DNA of 64,000 nucleotides from an uncultured Gammaproteobacteria bacterium (GTDB lineage: Bacteria; Patescibacteriota; Microgenomatia; Levybacterales; GWA1-39-11). A program made the position numbers and the translations under genes. The DNA lies in assembly GCA_964627245.1 (NCBI GenBank), contig CAZVGS010000004.1, positions 22,806 through 86,805 of the forward strand, written 5' to 3'. The notes beneath the pieces were generated by a model. It saw only the letters and a program-made list of their open reading frames with translations. It was not told where the DNA came from and did no database searches. Position 1 is the first letter of the stretch. The number at the start of each line of letters is the position of its first letter. Below, in pieces: positions 9,847 to 19,187 of the stretch.

Positions 9847-10917
9847 CTAGCGTATACCAACCTGACCTATTAGACCGTAAATAGGTGCAATGATTGAGAG
9901 CATCATCCCTCCTACAAGTACGCCAACAAAAATAAGCATAATTGGTTCAAGAAGAGTAGTTAATGTCTTTAAGGTTTTGTCAACTTGATAGTCTAAATAT
10001 TCAGCTACATCTTTCATTGACTTATCAAGAGAACCGCTTTTTTCTCCTGCTTCCGTAATTTTTATCATAATACTCGGGAATACATCCTTGGCCTGCTTAA
10101 GTCCTTCGGATAGTTCGCTTCCTGCAAGAACAACCTCTTTGCAATGGAGAATAGATTTGGCAACGTCTTTTTTTAGGACTACATCCTGGGCAAGTTCAAG
10201 AGCTGCGGCAATCGGTATTCCGGCATTGAGCAGTAAATACAGGCTTCTGGCAAATCTTGTTATATCAATTTGCGTTGCCAATGTTGAAACAAGTGGAAGC
10301 ATAAATAAGAAATGCAAAAATTCCCTTTTTTTCTCCCTATACAAAACAAAAATTAAAACTGCAGTTATGACTGTCCCTAGAGCAACAAAAAGTGTGTAGT
10401 TTGTTACTAGTTGTGACAAACCGATCAGCATCTTGGTCGGTAAAGGCAGGTCTGCGTTAAGGCGTAAAAATACGTTTGATATTTTTGGCACAACAACTAT
10501 TAGTATCATAAGAAGTACTCCGGCAAAAACAAACATGATAAGTACAGGATATGTTAGCGCGCCTTTTATTTTATCTGTGAATTCGGAATCTTTTTTTATT
10601 GAAGATTTAAGATCTTCCAGGGTTACATCTAGAGTTCCCGCTTCTTCAGAAGCTTTTATGAGATTGACAGTTATATTGTCAAAGATTCTGGGAAATTTGG
10701 CGAAAGCATCCGCGACGTGATTTCCTTGAGAGAGATCTGCTTTTAACGATTCCAAAAATCGCCTCTGGTTGCCTTTGGCGTCTTCCAAAAGTGAATCAAC
10801 TACTTCAAGAATCGGAATTCCTGCAGCAAGCATAGTTGCAAGGTTGCTGACAAGACCAAGTTTGTCTGCAGTAGATATCCTTAATTTTTTTGGATCCGAG
10901 CTATTGAATAACTGCAT
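9847..10917 (-). CDS. pilC: type IV pilus assembly platform protein PilC (GspF family)
   Basis: Polytopic membrane protein with the duplicated GspF-type cytoplasmic domains. Lies immediately after pilB with a 5-nt gap. Confidence 0.85.
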   Translation of the reverse strand: MQLFNSSDPKKLRISTADKLGLVSNLATMLAAGIPILEVVDSLLEDAKGNQRRFLESLKADLSQGNHVADAFAKFPRIFDNITVNLIKASEEAGTLDVTLEDLKSSIKKDSEFTDKIKGALTYPVLIMFVFAGVLLMILIVVVPKISNVFLRLNADLPLPTKMLIGLSQLVTNYTLFVALGTVITAVLIFVLYREKKREFLHFLFMLPLVSTLATQIDITRFARSLYLLLNAGIPIAAALELAQDVVLKKDVAKSILHCKEVVLAGSELSEGLKQAKDVFPSIMIKITEAGEKSGSLDKSMKDVAEYLDYQVDKTLKTLTTLLEPIMLIFVGVLVGGMMLSIIAPIYGLIGQVGIR

Positions 10918-10922
10918 AGATA

Positions 10923-12611
10923 TTAAAGACTTTCAACTTTTGTCACGCGAAGGACTTCTTCAAGCGTGGTTACACCGCGCGCAACTTTATCCATACCATC
11001 GGCAAGCATTGTCGTCATTCCCTCCTCAACAGCTTTTTTTGCAATAACATCTGAGTCATTTTTAGCTGTAATAAGAGCTCTTACTTCTTTAGTTACTTCC
11101 AGAACTTCAAAAAGACCAAGCCTGCCGGAATATCCTGTCGAGTGGCAAATTTTGCACCCTTTACCTCTATAGAGCTTAATGCTTTCACTTTGACCGAAGT
11201 GATGCGTGATTACCGCAGGGGGTAAATTTTTTGCAAGGTCTGATCTTAGTATGGAATAAGACATTTTACACATGTCGCAAATTTTCCTGATAAGTCTTTG
11301 TGCGACAATAACATTGACGGTTGATGCGACAAGGAAAGGTTCAACTTTCATATCTATCAGACGGGGAAGAGCAGTTGCAGCATCATTTGTATGGAGCGTT
11401 GACAATACCAAATGTCCTGTCAAAGCTGCATTAACGGCGATGCCTGCGGTTTCGCTGTCTCTTATTTCTCCCACAAAAACAACATTCGGATCCTGCCGGA
11501 GTATGGAGCGCAGGCCATTTGCGAAAGTAAGGTCTGTTTTTTGGTTTACGTTGATTTGATTGACTCCTTTAATTCTATATTCCACTGGGTCTTCGATTGT
11601 TGTAATGTTTTTTTCCCTTGTATTTAGAATTTTAAGAATAGCGTAAATTGAAGTAGTTTTTCCGCTGCCTGTCGGGCCTGTTGAGAGAACCATGCCGTAG
11701 GATTTTGTGTATGCATTCGTTACTTTTTTAAGATCGCTTTCGCTCATCCCCAAGTCAATTAAGGAAAATTGTCTGAAGTGTGATGCAAGAAGTCTTAAAA
11801 CCGCTTTTTCTCCATCGGCAATCGGTAAGACAGAAACCCTGATATCCAAATTCTCTTCTTCAAGTTTTATGCGCATCTTTCCATCCTGAGGACTTAGATG
11901 TTCATCAGTCCTTAATTTAGACAAAATTTTTATTCTTGAGATGATTCTTTCGTGAAAGTTTTTTGGAAGGTACAAAACATCATGCAGTATCCCGTCGATC
12001 CTAAATCTTACAAGCGAGTCTTTTTCTTCAGGTTCTATATGAATGTCCGAGACCTTATCTTGATAACCGAATTCAACTAGAAGGTTCACAATTTTTTCAA
12101 TCGGGGCTGCATCAGTAACCTTTGATATATCAGAAATTCCCAGCTCTCTTTGAAGCAATTGTTCGAATGATCTTTGAAGATCGCGTTTGTATATCCTTAA
12201 AATATTTTCGATATCGCGTTCGGTAGTAAGATAGGGAATAACTTTTAGACTTGATTTTTTGCTTATGCCCGTTAGTACCTCTATTTTTCTGGGATCAACT
12301 ATTGCAACCTTGAGTCCCTGTTGGGTTCTTTCAAAAGGTATAACCTTGTGTTTTCTTGCAATTTTTTCGGGAACAATTCTAAAAACGTCTTCCGGTATGG
12401 AAATCTTGGAAAGTACAACGAATGGAATATGGAGGAAATCAGCAATAAGTATTCCCAGATTCTCGTCCGAAATCACATCTTTCTCGATCAACGCGTCGGC
12501 GAGTGTTACATTGGAGTTTTTTGCAAATTCTGCCAGTTCTTGAAGATCACGCTCAGTGGCAAGACCTGTTTTTAGAATTAATGCTCTGATCTGATCATCA
12601 GCTAGAACCAT
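10923..12611 (-). CDS. pilB: type IV pilus assembly ATPase PilB (GspE family)
   Basis: GspE N-domain. Walker A LSTGPTGSGKTTS. Asp box VGEIRD. His box. Tetracysteine Zn motif CDMC...CKIC. Confidence 0.9.
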   Translation of the reverse strand: MVLADDQIRALILKTGLATERDLQELAEFAKNSNVTLADALIEKDVISDENLGILIADFLHIPFVVLSKISIPEDVFRIVPEKIARKHKVIPFERTQQGLKVAIVDPRKIEVLTGISKKSSLKVIPYLTTERDIENILRIYKRDLQRSFEQLLQRELGISDISKVTDAAPIEKIVNLLVEFGYQDKVSDIHIEPEEKDSLVRFRIDGILHDVLYLPKNFHERIISRIKILSKLRTDEHLSPQDGKMRIKLEEENLDIRVSVLPIADGEKAVLRLLASHFRQFSLIDLGMSESDLKKVTNAYTKSYGMVLSTGPTGSGKTTSIYAILKILNTREKNITTIEDPVEYRIKGVNQINVNQKTDLTFANGLRSILRQDPNVVFVGEIRDSETAGIAVNAALTGHLVLSTLHTNDAATALPRLIDMKVEPFLVASTVNVIVAQRLIRKICDMCKMSYSILRSDLAKNLPPAVITHHFGQSESIKLYRGKGCKICHSTGYSGRLGLFEVLEVTKEVRALITAKNDSDVIAKKAVEEGMTTMLADGMDKVARGVTTLEEVLRVTKVESL

Positions 12612-12735
12612 AGGCAGTAATTGTTAGTACTTAAAGCCGGTTTTTCATACAAAAACCACAGCTTTGAAAAGCACAACTATGAGGTAATCATACTATATTC
12701 GAAGAGTATGGTACAAGAACATCCATCCTTGATTT

Positions 12736-13143
12736 ATGCGGATTTCCTGCCTAAACTGGGTTAAGGGGTATTGTGCCCAAATACTTTCGATGACTGCCTT
12801 TTTATATTACCCATTATTTCTAGTTGAATTCTGGTATAAAGACGTATTATTTGGTCTTATAAATTTTTTTGTCCGCTTTAACCGCTATGTAATTTCTCTA
12901 TTATCATTAGGTCTTTTAACAAGAACTTTTTTCAAGCCCTTAAAAAATGAATACAGAGAGGGCTTGGTTGTGTTCTCGATTTTTTTCGGAATGGCAATAA
13001 AGACGGTACTTATAAGTGTTTTATTAAGTATCGTTCTCATCTTTATTCTGATTGAGTGTTTGATAGTTGTATTGATAGCCTTTATCCCGGTAGCGCTTTT
13101 GTTTGTTGTATTGGGAAGCGATTCTCATGTTTGGTATGAATAA
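12736..13143 (+). CDS. small polytopic membrane protein (hypothetical); overlaps by 41 nt, in another frame, the hydrophobic N-terminus of the ClpC-like gene
   Basis: Three to four predicted TM helices. A long ORF in an AT-rich background. Whether it is a separate gene or a frameshift/fusion with 13103-15493 cannot be decided from sequence. Confidence 0.45.
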   Translation: MRISCLNWVKGYCAQILSMTAFLYYPLFLVEFWYKDVLFGLINFFVRFNRYVISLLSLGLLTRTFFKPLKNEYREGLVVFSIFFGMAIKTVLISVLLSIVLIFILIECLIVVLIAFIPVALLFVVLGSDSHVWYE

Positions 13144-15493
13144 ATATTATTTTCTATATTACTTTTTTGACAATCCGGTTATACGCTGGGTCAGGGTAGT
13201 AATTTTTCTTGGAGTTGGTTTGTTTGTTTACTTAAATCTTGAAAATCCCTTGCTTATTCTAAAATTATTGCCTGTGTATTTTGTTCTTATTCTTCAAGAA
13301 TTATTTATTCATTTCAAATTGGAGAATGCAAAGCCTCTTATGACAATCCATGATGATATAAATCATTCAATAGATACAGTCGAGTATAGAATGCGCTCTA
13401 TCCTTGAAAGAATAGACGACACTAAAAAGGTTATTCATGAAATTTCAGGTGACAGTGAAATTAAGTATTTATTAAGACTCTTAAATATAAATCCTGAAGT
13501 AACAGAAAACATTAATGAGGAAAATCTGCTTAGAAAAGCGTACACGTTAGTTATGAAAGTGGGAGGTAAGAATATCCACCCCATTGATATATTTGTTGCT
13601 TATTTAATTCTTCAGGATCAGATAACCAAGAATCTTTACAACAATGAAATAACCGAATTCGATGTGGTCACATTGCTTTCTTGGGTAAGAAGAAAATACA
13701 GAGTCGATATGCAAAAGCACGACGGGCTGCATTTCACAGGCAGCGGTGTTTTTGATTTTTTTGTATACGGCTGGAGCGCAGAGCTCTCGCGCTATGCTTC
13801 AAATTTCACAAGAGAAGTACTTTCTGGCAGACACCCAGAGCCTATCGGAAGAAATAGGGAATATGACCTTTTAGTAACTGCCTTATCCAAAAGTTCATCC
13901 AGTAACGCCTTGATTGTTGGTGAACCTGGAGTTGGAAAAACAACGCTTATATCCCAATTGGTTTTGGATTCAAATTTAGGCAATTTGCCCAATAAATTAT
14001 CAAACAAGATAGTTTTTAAATTTTCCCCTGAAAGATTACTTTCAGGTGTTAACAATCAAGGGGAGTTAGAGGAAAGATTAGTTAGTCTGATCTCTGAGTT
14101 ATATCATGCGGGGAATATTGTCGTTTACATTCCTAATATTGAAAATATTTTTGGCGGAGGAGGGCTTAGTATGGATTTGTCAGGTGCTTTAAGTGAATAC
14201 CTAAAAAGCAGTAGGATAAAAATAATTGGCAGTACAACTGAGGCATTTTATAAAGAATATATTTATCCAAAACAGGAATTAAAGGATCTATTTGATATAG
14301 TTGCGGTTAGAGAGCCAAATGAGGATGGTGCAATATTTATGCTTCTTGAGAAAGCTAATGAGATTGAGATGGAAAGTGGTGTCAAAATAAGCTTTGATGC
14401 AATAAAAAGCACATATTCATTGTCTGACTCATATATTAACGATGGAACGGTTCTTCCCGGGCGGGCAGTAAAACTTCTTGAGGATGTTGTGTCTTATGCA
14501 TCAATTCATGGAGACAGAAAAATAACAAAGAAAAATGTACAAAGCCTTGTTGAGGAAAAAACAAAAATTCTTCTGTCAGAACCGACTCAGGAAGAAAGTG
14601 AAGAACTTCTTAATCTTGAAACCGAACTTCATAAAGATGTTGTTTCTCAAAATGAAGCAATCAGTGCAATTGCCGATGCTATGAGAAGAATCAGAAGCGG
14701 AATTAGTAATGAAAAAAAACCGATTGCATCTTTTCTTTTTTTGGGTCCAACGGGTGTGGGTAAGACCGAAGCGGCGAAATCACTTGCCAAATCGTACTTT
14801 GGTGATGAAAAAAAAATGGTAAGGCTTGACATGACAGAATTTCAAAGTCCCGATTCGGCAAAAAGGTTAATTGAAGAAGGGGAAATATTTGTCGGCAAAG
14901 TTTTGGAAAACCCATTCACCGAGATACTTTTAGATGAATTTGAGAAAGCTGATCCGGATGTGCACAACCTGTTTCTTCAAATCCTTGATGAAGGGAGTAT
15001 GACCGATAGTTTGGGAAGGAGTATTTCATTTAAGAATTCAGTAATAATTGCTACTTCAAACGCCGGCAGTGAATTTATTAGAGAAACATACAGAAATTCA
15101 GCAGACCAGTTGGCATTTAAGGACAAACTAGTTGAAAAGATACTTAAAGATGGGATTTTCAGGCCAGAGCTTATTAACAGATTTGATGATGTAATTGCCT
15201 TCAAGCCACTTGAGAAAGAAGATGTCACAAAGGTTTCAAAGCTTTTCTTGGATGAGTTAGGCAGTAGGCTTTCTGAAAAACAAATAAACCTCTCTTATGA
15301 CGAAGCGGTGTGCGTATATATAGCTGAAAATGCTTACAGCATAGAATTTGGAGCAAGAAATATAAGAAGGTTTATCCAGCAATCCATAGAAAATCAAATT
15401 TCAAAGCTTATCCTTTCAAATGAGCTGAATAGTCAAGATACCGTGAAAATTTCAGTAGAGAATAACAGTCTTGTTATTGGTAAGCAAATTTAA
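13103..15493 (+). CDS. ClpC/ClpB-like double-ring AAA+ ATPase with hydrophobic (membrane-embedded?) N-terminal extension and degenerate D1 Walker B
   Basis: D1 Walker A IVGEPGVGKTTLISQL. D2 Walker A LFLGPTGVGKTEAAKSLA and Walker B ILLDEFEKADPDVHNLFLQILDEG. C-terminal ELINRFDDVIAFKPLEKEDV. The first ~75 codons are hydrophobic (2-3 TM) and the true start may be internal. The D1 region lacks an obvious hhhhDE Walker B. Confidence 0.8.
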   Translation: MLYWEAILMFGMNKYYFLYYFFDNPVIRWVRVVIFLGVGLFVYLNLENPLLILKLLPVYFVLILQELFIHFKLENAKPLMTIHDDINHSIDTVEYRMRSILERIDDTKKVIHEISGDSEIKYLLRLLNINPEVTENINEENLLRKAYTLVMKVGGKNIHPIDIFVAYLILQDQITKNLYNNEITEFDVVTLLSWVRRKYRVDMQKHDGLHFTGSGVFDFFVYGWSAELSRYASNFTREVLSGRHPEPIGRNREYDLLVTALSKSSSSNALIVGEPGVGKTTLISQLVLDSNLGNLPNKLSNKIVFKFSPERLLSGVNNQGELEERLVSLISELYHAGNIVVYIPNIENIFGGGGLSMDLSGALSEYLKSSRIKIIGSTTEAFYKEYIYPKQELKDLFDIVAVREPNEDGAIFMLLEKANEIEMESGVKISFDAIKSTYSLSDSYINDGTVLPGRAVKLLEDVVSYASIHGDRKITKKNVQSLVEEKTKILLSEPTQEESEELLNLETELHKDVVSQNEAISAIADAMRRIRSGISNEKKPIASFLFLGPTGVGKTEAAKSLAKSYFGDEKKMVRLDMTEFQSPDSAKRLIEEGEIFVGKVLENPFTEILLDEFEKADPDVHNLFLQILDEGSMTDSLGRSISFKNSVIIATSNAGSEFIRETYRNSADQLAFKDKLVEKILKDGIFRPELINRFDDVIAFKPLEKEDVTKVSKLFLDELGSRLSEKQINLSYDEAVCVYIAENAYSIEFGARNIRRFIQQSIENQISKLILSNELNSQDTVKISVENNSLVIGKQI

Positions 15494-15547
15494 GTATACT
15501 TAAATTTGCCTGTCTCGTAGAATGCATTTGTTACGGTCAGGTTACCT

Positions 15548-16543
15548 ATGAAATACGCATTTTTCGAACTAGAGACTTGGGAGAAAGAGTACTTTCAAAA
15601 AGAAATAAAAGATCATGAAATACTTTTCTTTGACGAGCCGTTATCCGAAAATACTCCTGGTATAGATACTTTTGAGGCAGTAGTTATTTTTATCCATTCC
15701 CAGATGAATAAAGAGTTTTTGGATAAAATGCCAAATCTCAAGCTCATCTCAACGATGTCTACCGGATTTGATCATATAGACATGGAAGAGTGTAGGAGAA
15801 GAGGAATTACAGTCTGCAATGTTCCCACGTACGGTGAAACGGTTGTTGCCGAGCACACTTTTGCATTACTCCTAAGCATCGCAAGAAAACTTCCCGAATC
15901 GATAGAAAGGGTTAAGAAAGGAAATTTTATGCCCGGAGGGCTTACAGGTTTTGAACTTCGAGGCAAAACAATAGGTGTTATTGGCGTAGGGAGTATCGGA
16001 ACGAATGTGATAAAAATTGCGAAGGGCTTTGGTATGAATGTTATTGTCTATAAAAGAACTCCCGATTATGCTTTAGAGAAGGACTTGGGGTGTAAATTTG
16101 TTGAATTGTCGGTTTTGTATCAGCAGTCGGATATTGTTTCGTTGCACATTCCGTATTCGAAAGAAACCCATCATTATTTAAATGATGAAGCTTTTTCACA
16201 AATGAAAGACGGAGTAGTAATTTTAAATACAGCAAGGGGCGGACTTATTGATACGGATGCTCTATTAAGATCTCTTGATAGCGGAAAAGTAAAAGCGGCA
16301 GGGTTGGACGTATTGGAAGAGGAACCTTTACTTGAAGAGGAGAAAGATCTGTTAACGAAAGACTTTGATAAAGACAAGCTTCTTACAGTTTTACAGGATC
16401 ACATGCTGGTCAATTACCCGAATGTGGTTATAACTCCGCACAATGCTTTTAACAGTCAGGAGGCTTTGAAAAAAATTATTGAAACAACTCACGAGAATAT
16501 TTCTTCTTTTGCAAGCGGGGTTCCTGCAAACGTTGTTTCCTAA
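15548..16543 (+). CDS. D-isomer-specific 2-hydroxyacid dehydrogenase family (NAD-dependent; D-lactate/glycerate/phosphoglycerate dehydrogenase-like)
   Basis: Rossmann fingerprint GKTIGVIGVGSIGTNVIKIAKGFGMNVIVY. A catalytic-domain His/Glu/Arg pattern is plausible. Confidence 0.8.
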   Translation: MKYAFFELETWEKEYFQKEIKDHEILFFDEPLSENTPGIDTFEAVVIFIHSQMNKEFLDKMPNLKLISTMSTGFDHIDMEECRRRGITVCNVPTYGETVVAEHTFALLLSIARKLPESIERVKKGNFMPGGLTGFELRGKTIGVIGVGSIGTNVIKIAKGFGMNVIVYKRTPDYALEKDLGCKFVELSVLYQQSDIVSLHIPYSKETHHYLNDEAFSQMKDGVVILNTARGGLIDTDALLRSLDSGKVKAAGLDVLEEEPLLEEEKDLLTKDFDKDKLLTVLQDHMLVNYPNVVITPHNAFNSQEALKKIIETTHENISSFASGVPANVVS

Positions 16544-16572
16544 GACATATCCCCTTATAATCCATACTAAAT

Positions 16573-17631
16573 ATGGATTTTGAAAAATATTTACAGCTTA
16601 CGCAAAATAAAATTAAGCTACACTTAAGAGAATTTATTGAAATTAAAAAGACAGAGAAAGCTCCAAAACTTTTTTCTGACCGGAAATACTTTGAGTCACT
16701 TGAAGAGTTTGTGTCACGCGGAAAACTTTTGCGCGGATCTCTTTTTATCCTAATGACCGAAGGATTTGGCGGCAAAGTTGATAAAAAAACACTTGATATT
16801 GCGTGTGCTATTGAGTTAACCCATTCCGCGCTTCTTATCCAGGACGATATTATTGATAAAGATAATTTAAGAAGGGGAGAAAAAACAATCCATGTAAAGT
16901 ACAAGGATATTGGTGAAGATGAAAAAGCATCTGATCCGTATCATTATGGAATGTCCTCTGCAGTAGTAATTTCAGATCTGGCATTTTTTCTTGCTTTTGA
17001 ATTGTTGGCAAATTGTGGCGGAGAAATTGTAATAAAAATTGTTAAATATTATTCAAAGGAAATCCAAAATGTCATTTTGGCCGAGGGAGTGGATTCCGCG
17101 TTTGGTCTAACAGACAAAAAAGCGAGCTTACAAGATATCGAGGATGTATATCTTTATAAGACTGCAAGATATACTTTTTCACTTCCATTTGAGTTGGCGG
17201 TCATTTTCACAAAAGGACCGGATGATGCCAGAAAGCTGATGGGCAAATTAGGGGAGTTGATGGGTATGGTTTTTCAAATAAAAGATGATGAGATGGGATT
17301 TCATGGAGATGAAAAAGAAATTGGCAAGCCGGTAGGGAGTGATATTCGCGAGGATAAAAAAACCATTATAAGACACTATTTATTTGAAAGTTCAACTATA
17401 AAAATAAAAGAAGAATTAGAAGGCATATTTGGTAATCAACAAATAGGACTTGAAGAAGTCTTGAGAGTTAGAGATATATATAAGGAATTATTAGTACAAG
17501 AATCAATTGATAAAGAGATAAAAAAATATATGGATCAGGCGTGGGAGATATACGAAGAAATCAAGCTGAAAAATGGATATAAAAAAATACTAAAAGAATT
17601 TTTAGAGTTTAATGTTAATAGATCTTCTTAA
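16573..17631 (+). CDS. polyprenyl (isoprenyl) diphosphate synthase, trans-type
   Basis: First Asp-rich motif LIQDDIIDKDNLRRG (DDxxD). Second Asp-rich motif FQIKDDEMG. Confidence 0.8.
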   Translation: MDFEKYLQLTQNKIKLHLREFIEIKKTEKAPKLFSDRKYFESLEEFVSRGKLLRGSLFILMTEGFGGKVDKKTLDIACAIELTHSALLIQDDIIDKDNLRRGEKTIHVKYKDIGEDEKASDPYHYGMSSAVVISDLAFFLAFELLANCGGEIVIKIVKYYSKEIQNVILAEGVDSAFGLTDKKASLQDIEDVYLYKTARYTFSLPFELAVIFTKGPDDARKLMGKLGELMGMVFQIKDDEMGFHGDEKEIGKPVGSDIREDKKTIIRHYLFESSTIKIKEELEGIFGNQQIGLEEVLRVRDIYKELLVQESIDKEIKKYMDQAWEIYEEIKLKNGYKKILKEFLEFNVNRSS

Positions 17632-17666
17632 TTTGAAATAAAAAATAGCTTCTATATAATATAGTT

Positions 17667-17999
17667 ATGGCAATTGTCATAAAATTATTCATCCTGGCAA
17701 TAGCAGTTTTTGTTGCATCTTATATTATTCCCGGTGTAACAATTGATTCAGTGACATCGCTTATTGTTATATCAATTGTCTTGGGCATTGTTAATGCTTT
17801 TATCAAGCCTATTCTTGTTTTTCTGACACTCCCATTGACTGTTTTAACTCTTGGTATTTTTCTTTTGCTGCTTAACGGTATATTAGTTTTACTGGTAAGC
17901 TCAATTGTTCCGGGATTTTATGTTGCGACTTTTTTCTCGGCAATACTATTTAGTATTGTTGTATCACTGGTTTCCTCGCTTCTATCCAAAGTTTCTTAG
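17667..17999 (+). CDS. small 4-TM membrane protein of the phage-holin-4/DUF360-like family
   Basis: Pattern ...NAFIKPILVFLTLPLTVLTLGIFLLLLNGILVLLVSSIVPGF is typical of PF04020-type proteins. Assignment is from memory of the motif. Confidence 0.55.
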   Translation: MAIVIKLFILAIAVFVASYIIPGVTIDSVTSLIVISIVLGIVNAFIKPILVFLTLPLTVLTLGIFLLLLNGILVLLVSSIVPGFYVATFFSAILFSIVVSLVSSLLSKVS

Positions 18000-18002
18000 T
18001 GT

Positions 18003-18440
18003 TTAGAGGTTTTTAATTTCCGCTTCAAGTGAGGCTTCAAGATCGGAAGAATCATCCAGCGGTTCTTCTTCCAATATTTCTTCATCAGTCGGCGCTAATG
18101 TAGGTGTTGGTGCGGTCTTGGTTGGTGTTGCGATTTGCGGTTGGGGAGTCTGTGACTCCTGACCTGTAGATGATTCCTGCACTATTTTATAAAAGAGGAA
18201 CCCAAGAATGACTATTAAAATTATCAAAATTACGGCAACTATCATAAGCCCGTTACCCTTCTTTTTTTCACCCGCAGGGGGCATTGTTGGTGCTGCAACC
18301 GGATTTTGCGGAGGAGGTGTTGGCATTATCGGAGATGGTGTCGCTGCTTGAGGTTGTGTTGGAGTTTGAACAGGTTGTGTTTGAGGAGCCTCTGGTACTG
18401 CTGAATTTGATTGTATTGGGTTTTGACTTTGGTTATCCAT
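18003..18440 (-). CDS. hypothetical single-pass membrane protein with Pro/Gln/Thr-rich flanks
   Basis: Central TM segment LMIVAVILIILIVILGFLFY flanked by PTQPQ-type low complexity. Confidence 0.45.
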   Translation of the reverse strand: MDNQSQNPIQSNSAVPEAPQTQPVQTPTQPQAATPSPIMPTPPPQNPVAAPTMPPAGEKKKGNGLMIVAVILIILIVILGFLFYKIVQESSTGQESQTPQPQIATPTKTAPTPTLAPTDEEILEEEPLDDSSDLEASLEAEIKNL

Positions 18441-18449
18441 ATAATTTAA

Positions 18450-19178
18450 TTATTCATCTGTTGCACTGGGTGTGGGTGTTGTATCTCTTCCCTCAAGTAT
18501 TTTTGCGCTTGAGAATGCTTTAACGACCGCTCTGTGTGCTGATAGGATTTTGTTAAATACTTCTTTAATATCAGTTATGTATTGCTTTATTGTTTCTCTA
18601 GCATCTGTCTTGAGGTTTGTTTCGTCTGTTATATCTAATGTGTAGTCTTTTTCAGCTTGTTCTGAAACGGCTGTTTTGGCACTTTCTATTGCTGTATTCG
18701 CATCAGTTATTAAAGAATTAAGAGCAGTAACATCCTTGTCATCCGCTTGAAGAGCTGTGGCCATTTCAGAAACTTTAGCAAGAATTGCTGTAAGTCTTTC
18801 AAGTCTTTCGCTCATTTGACTTGTTCTTTTAGCGTTGCTTTCATTAATCCTGGTATCTAAATTTTCAAGAATATTCTGCTTTCTTGTGTCTTTTATTCCT
18901 TGCAGTTTTTCCTTAAATGCGCTTCTTTCATCTGTCTTTTTGTTTTTCATAACATCCTTAGCCTGCATTGCTTTGTCTGTAGCGTTTGTTTTTAGGACTG
19001 CCGGCCTTACGGAGGATTTGTCAGCTGTTGTGACTGCTGTTTCCGTTTCGGTTGATGTGTCATCTACTGCAAATGAATTTGCCGGAAGTAGAGCAATCAC
19101 AAAAAAAGATAGTAGGACTAAAAAAATCTTACTCATATATTTATGATAGGTAAAAAAGAGAGTAGTTGTCAACCCCAT
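18450..19178 (-). CDS. hypothetical secreted alpha-helical/coiled-coil protein
   Basis: Signal peptide MSKIFLVLLSFFVIALLPANSFA. Charged helical repeats follow. Confidence 0.45.
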   Translation of the reverse strand: MGLTTTLFFTYHKYMSKIFLVLLSFFVIALLPANSFAVDDTSTETETAVTTADKSSVRPAVLKTNATDKAMQAKDVMKNKKTDERSAFKEKLQGIKDTRKQNILENLDTRINESNAKRTSQMSERLERLTAILAKVSEMATALQADDKDVTALNSLITDANTAIESAKTAVSEQAEKDYTLDITDETNLKTDARETIKQYITDIKEVFNKILSAHRAVVKAFSSAKILEGRDTTPTPSATDE

Positions 19179-19187
19179 GAGGTAAAT

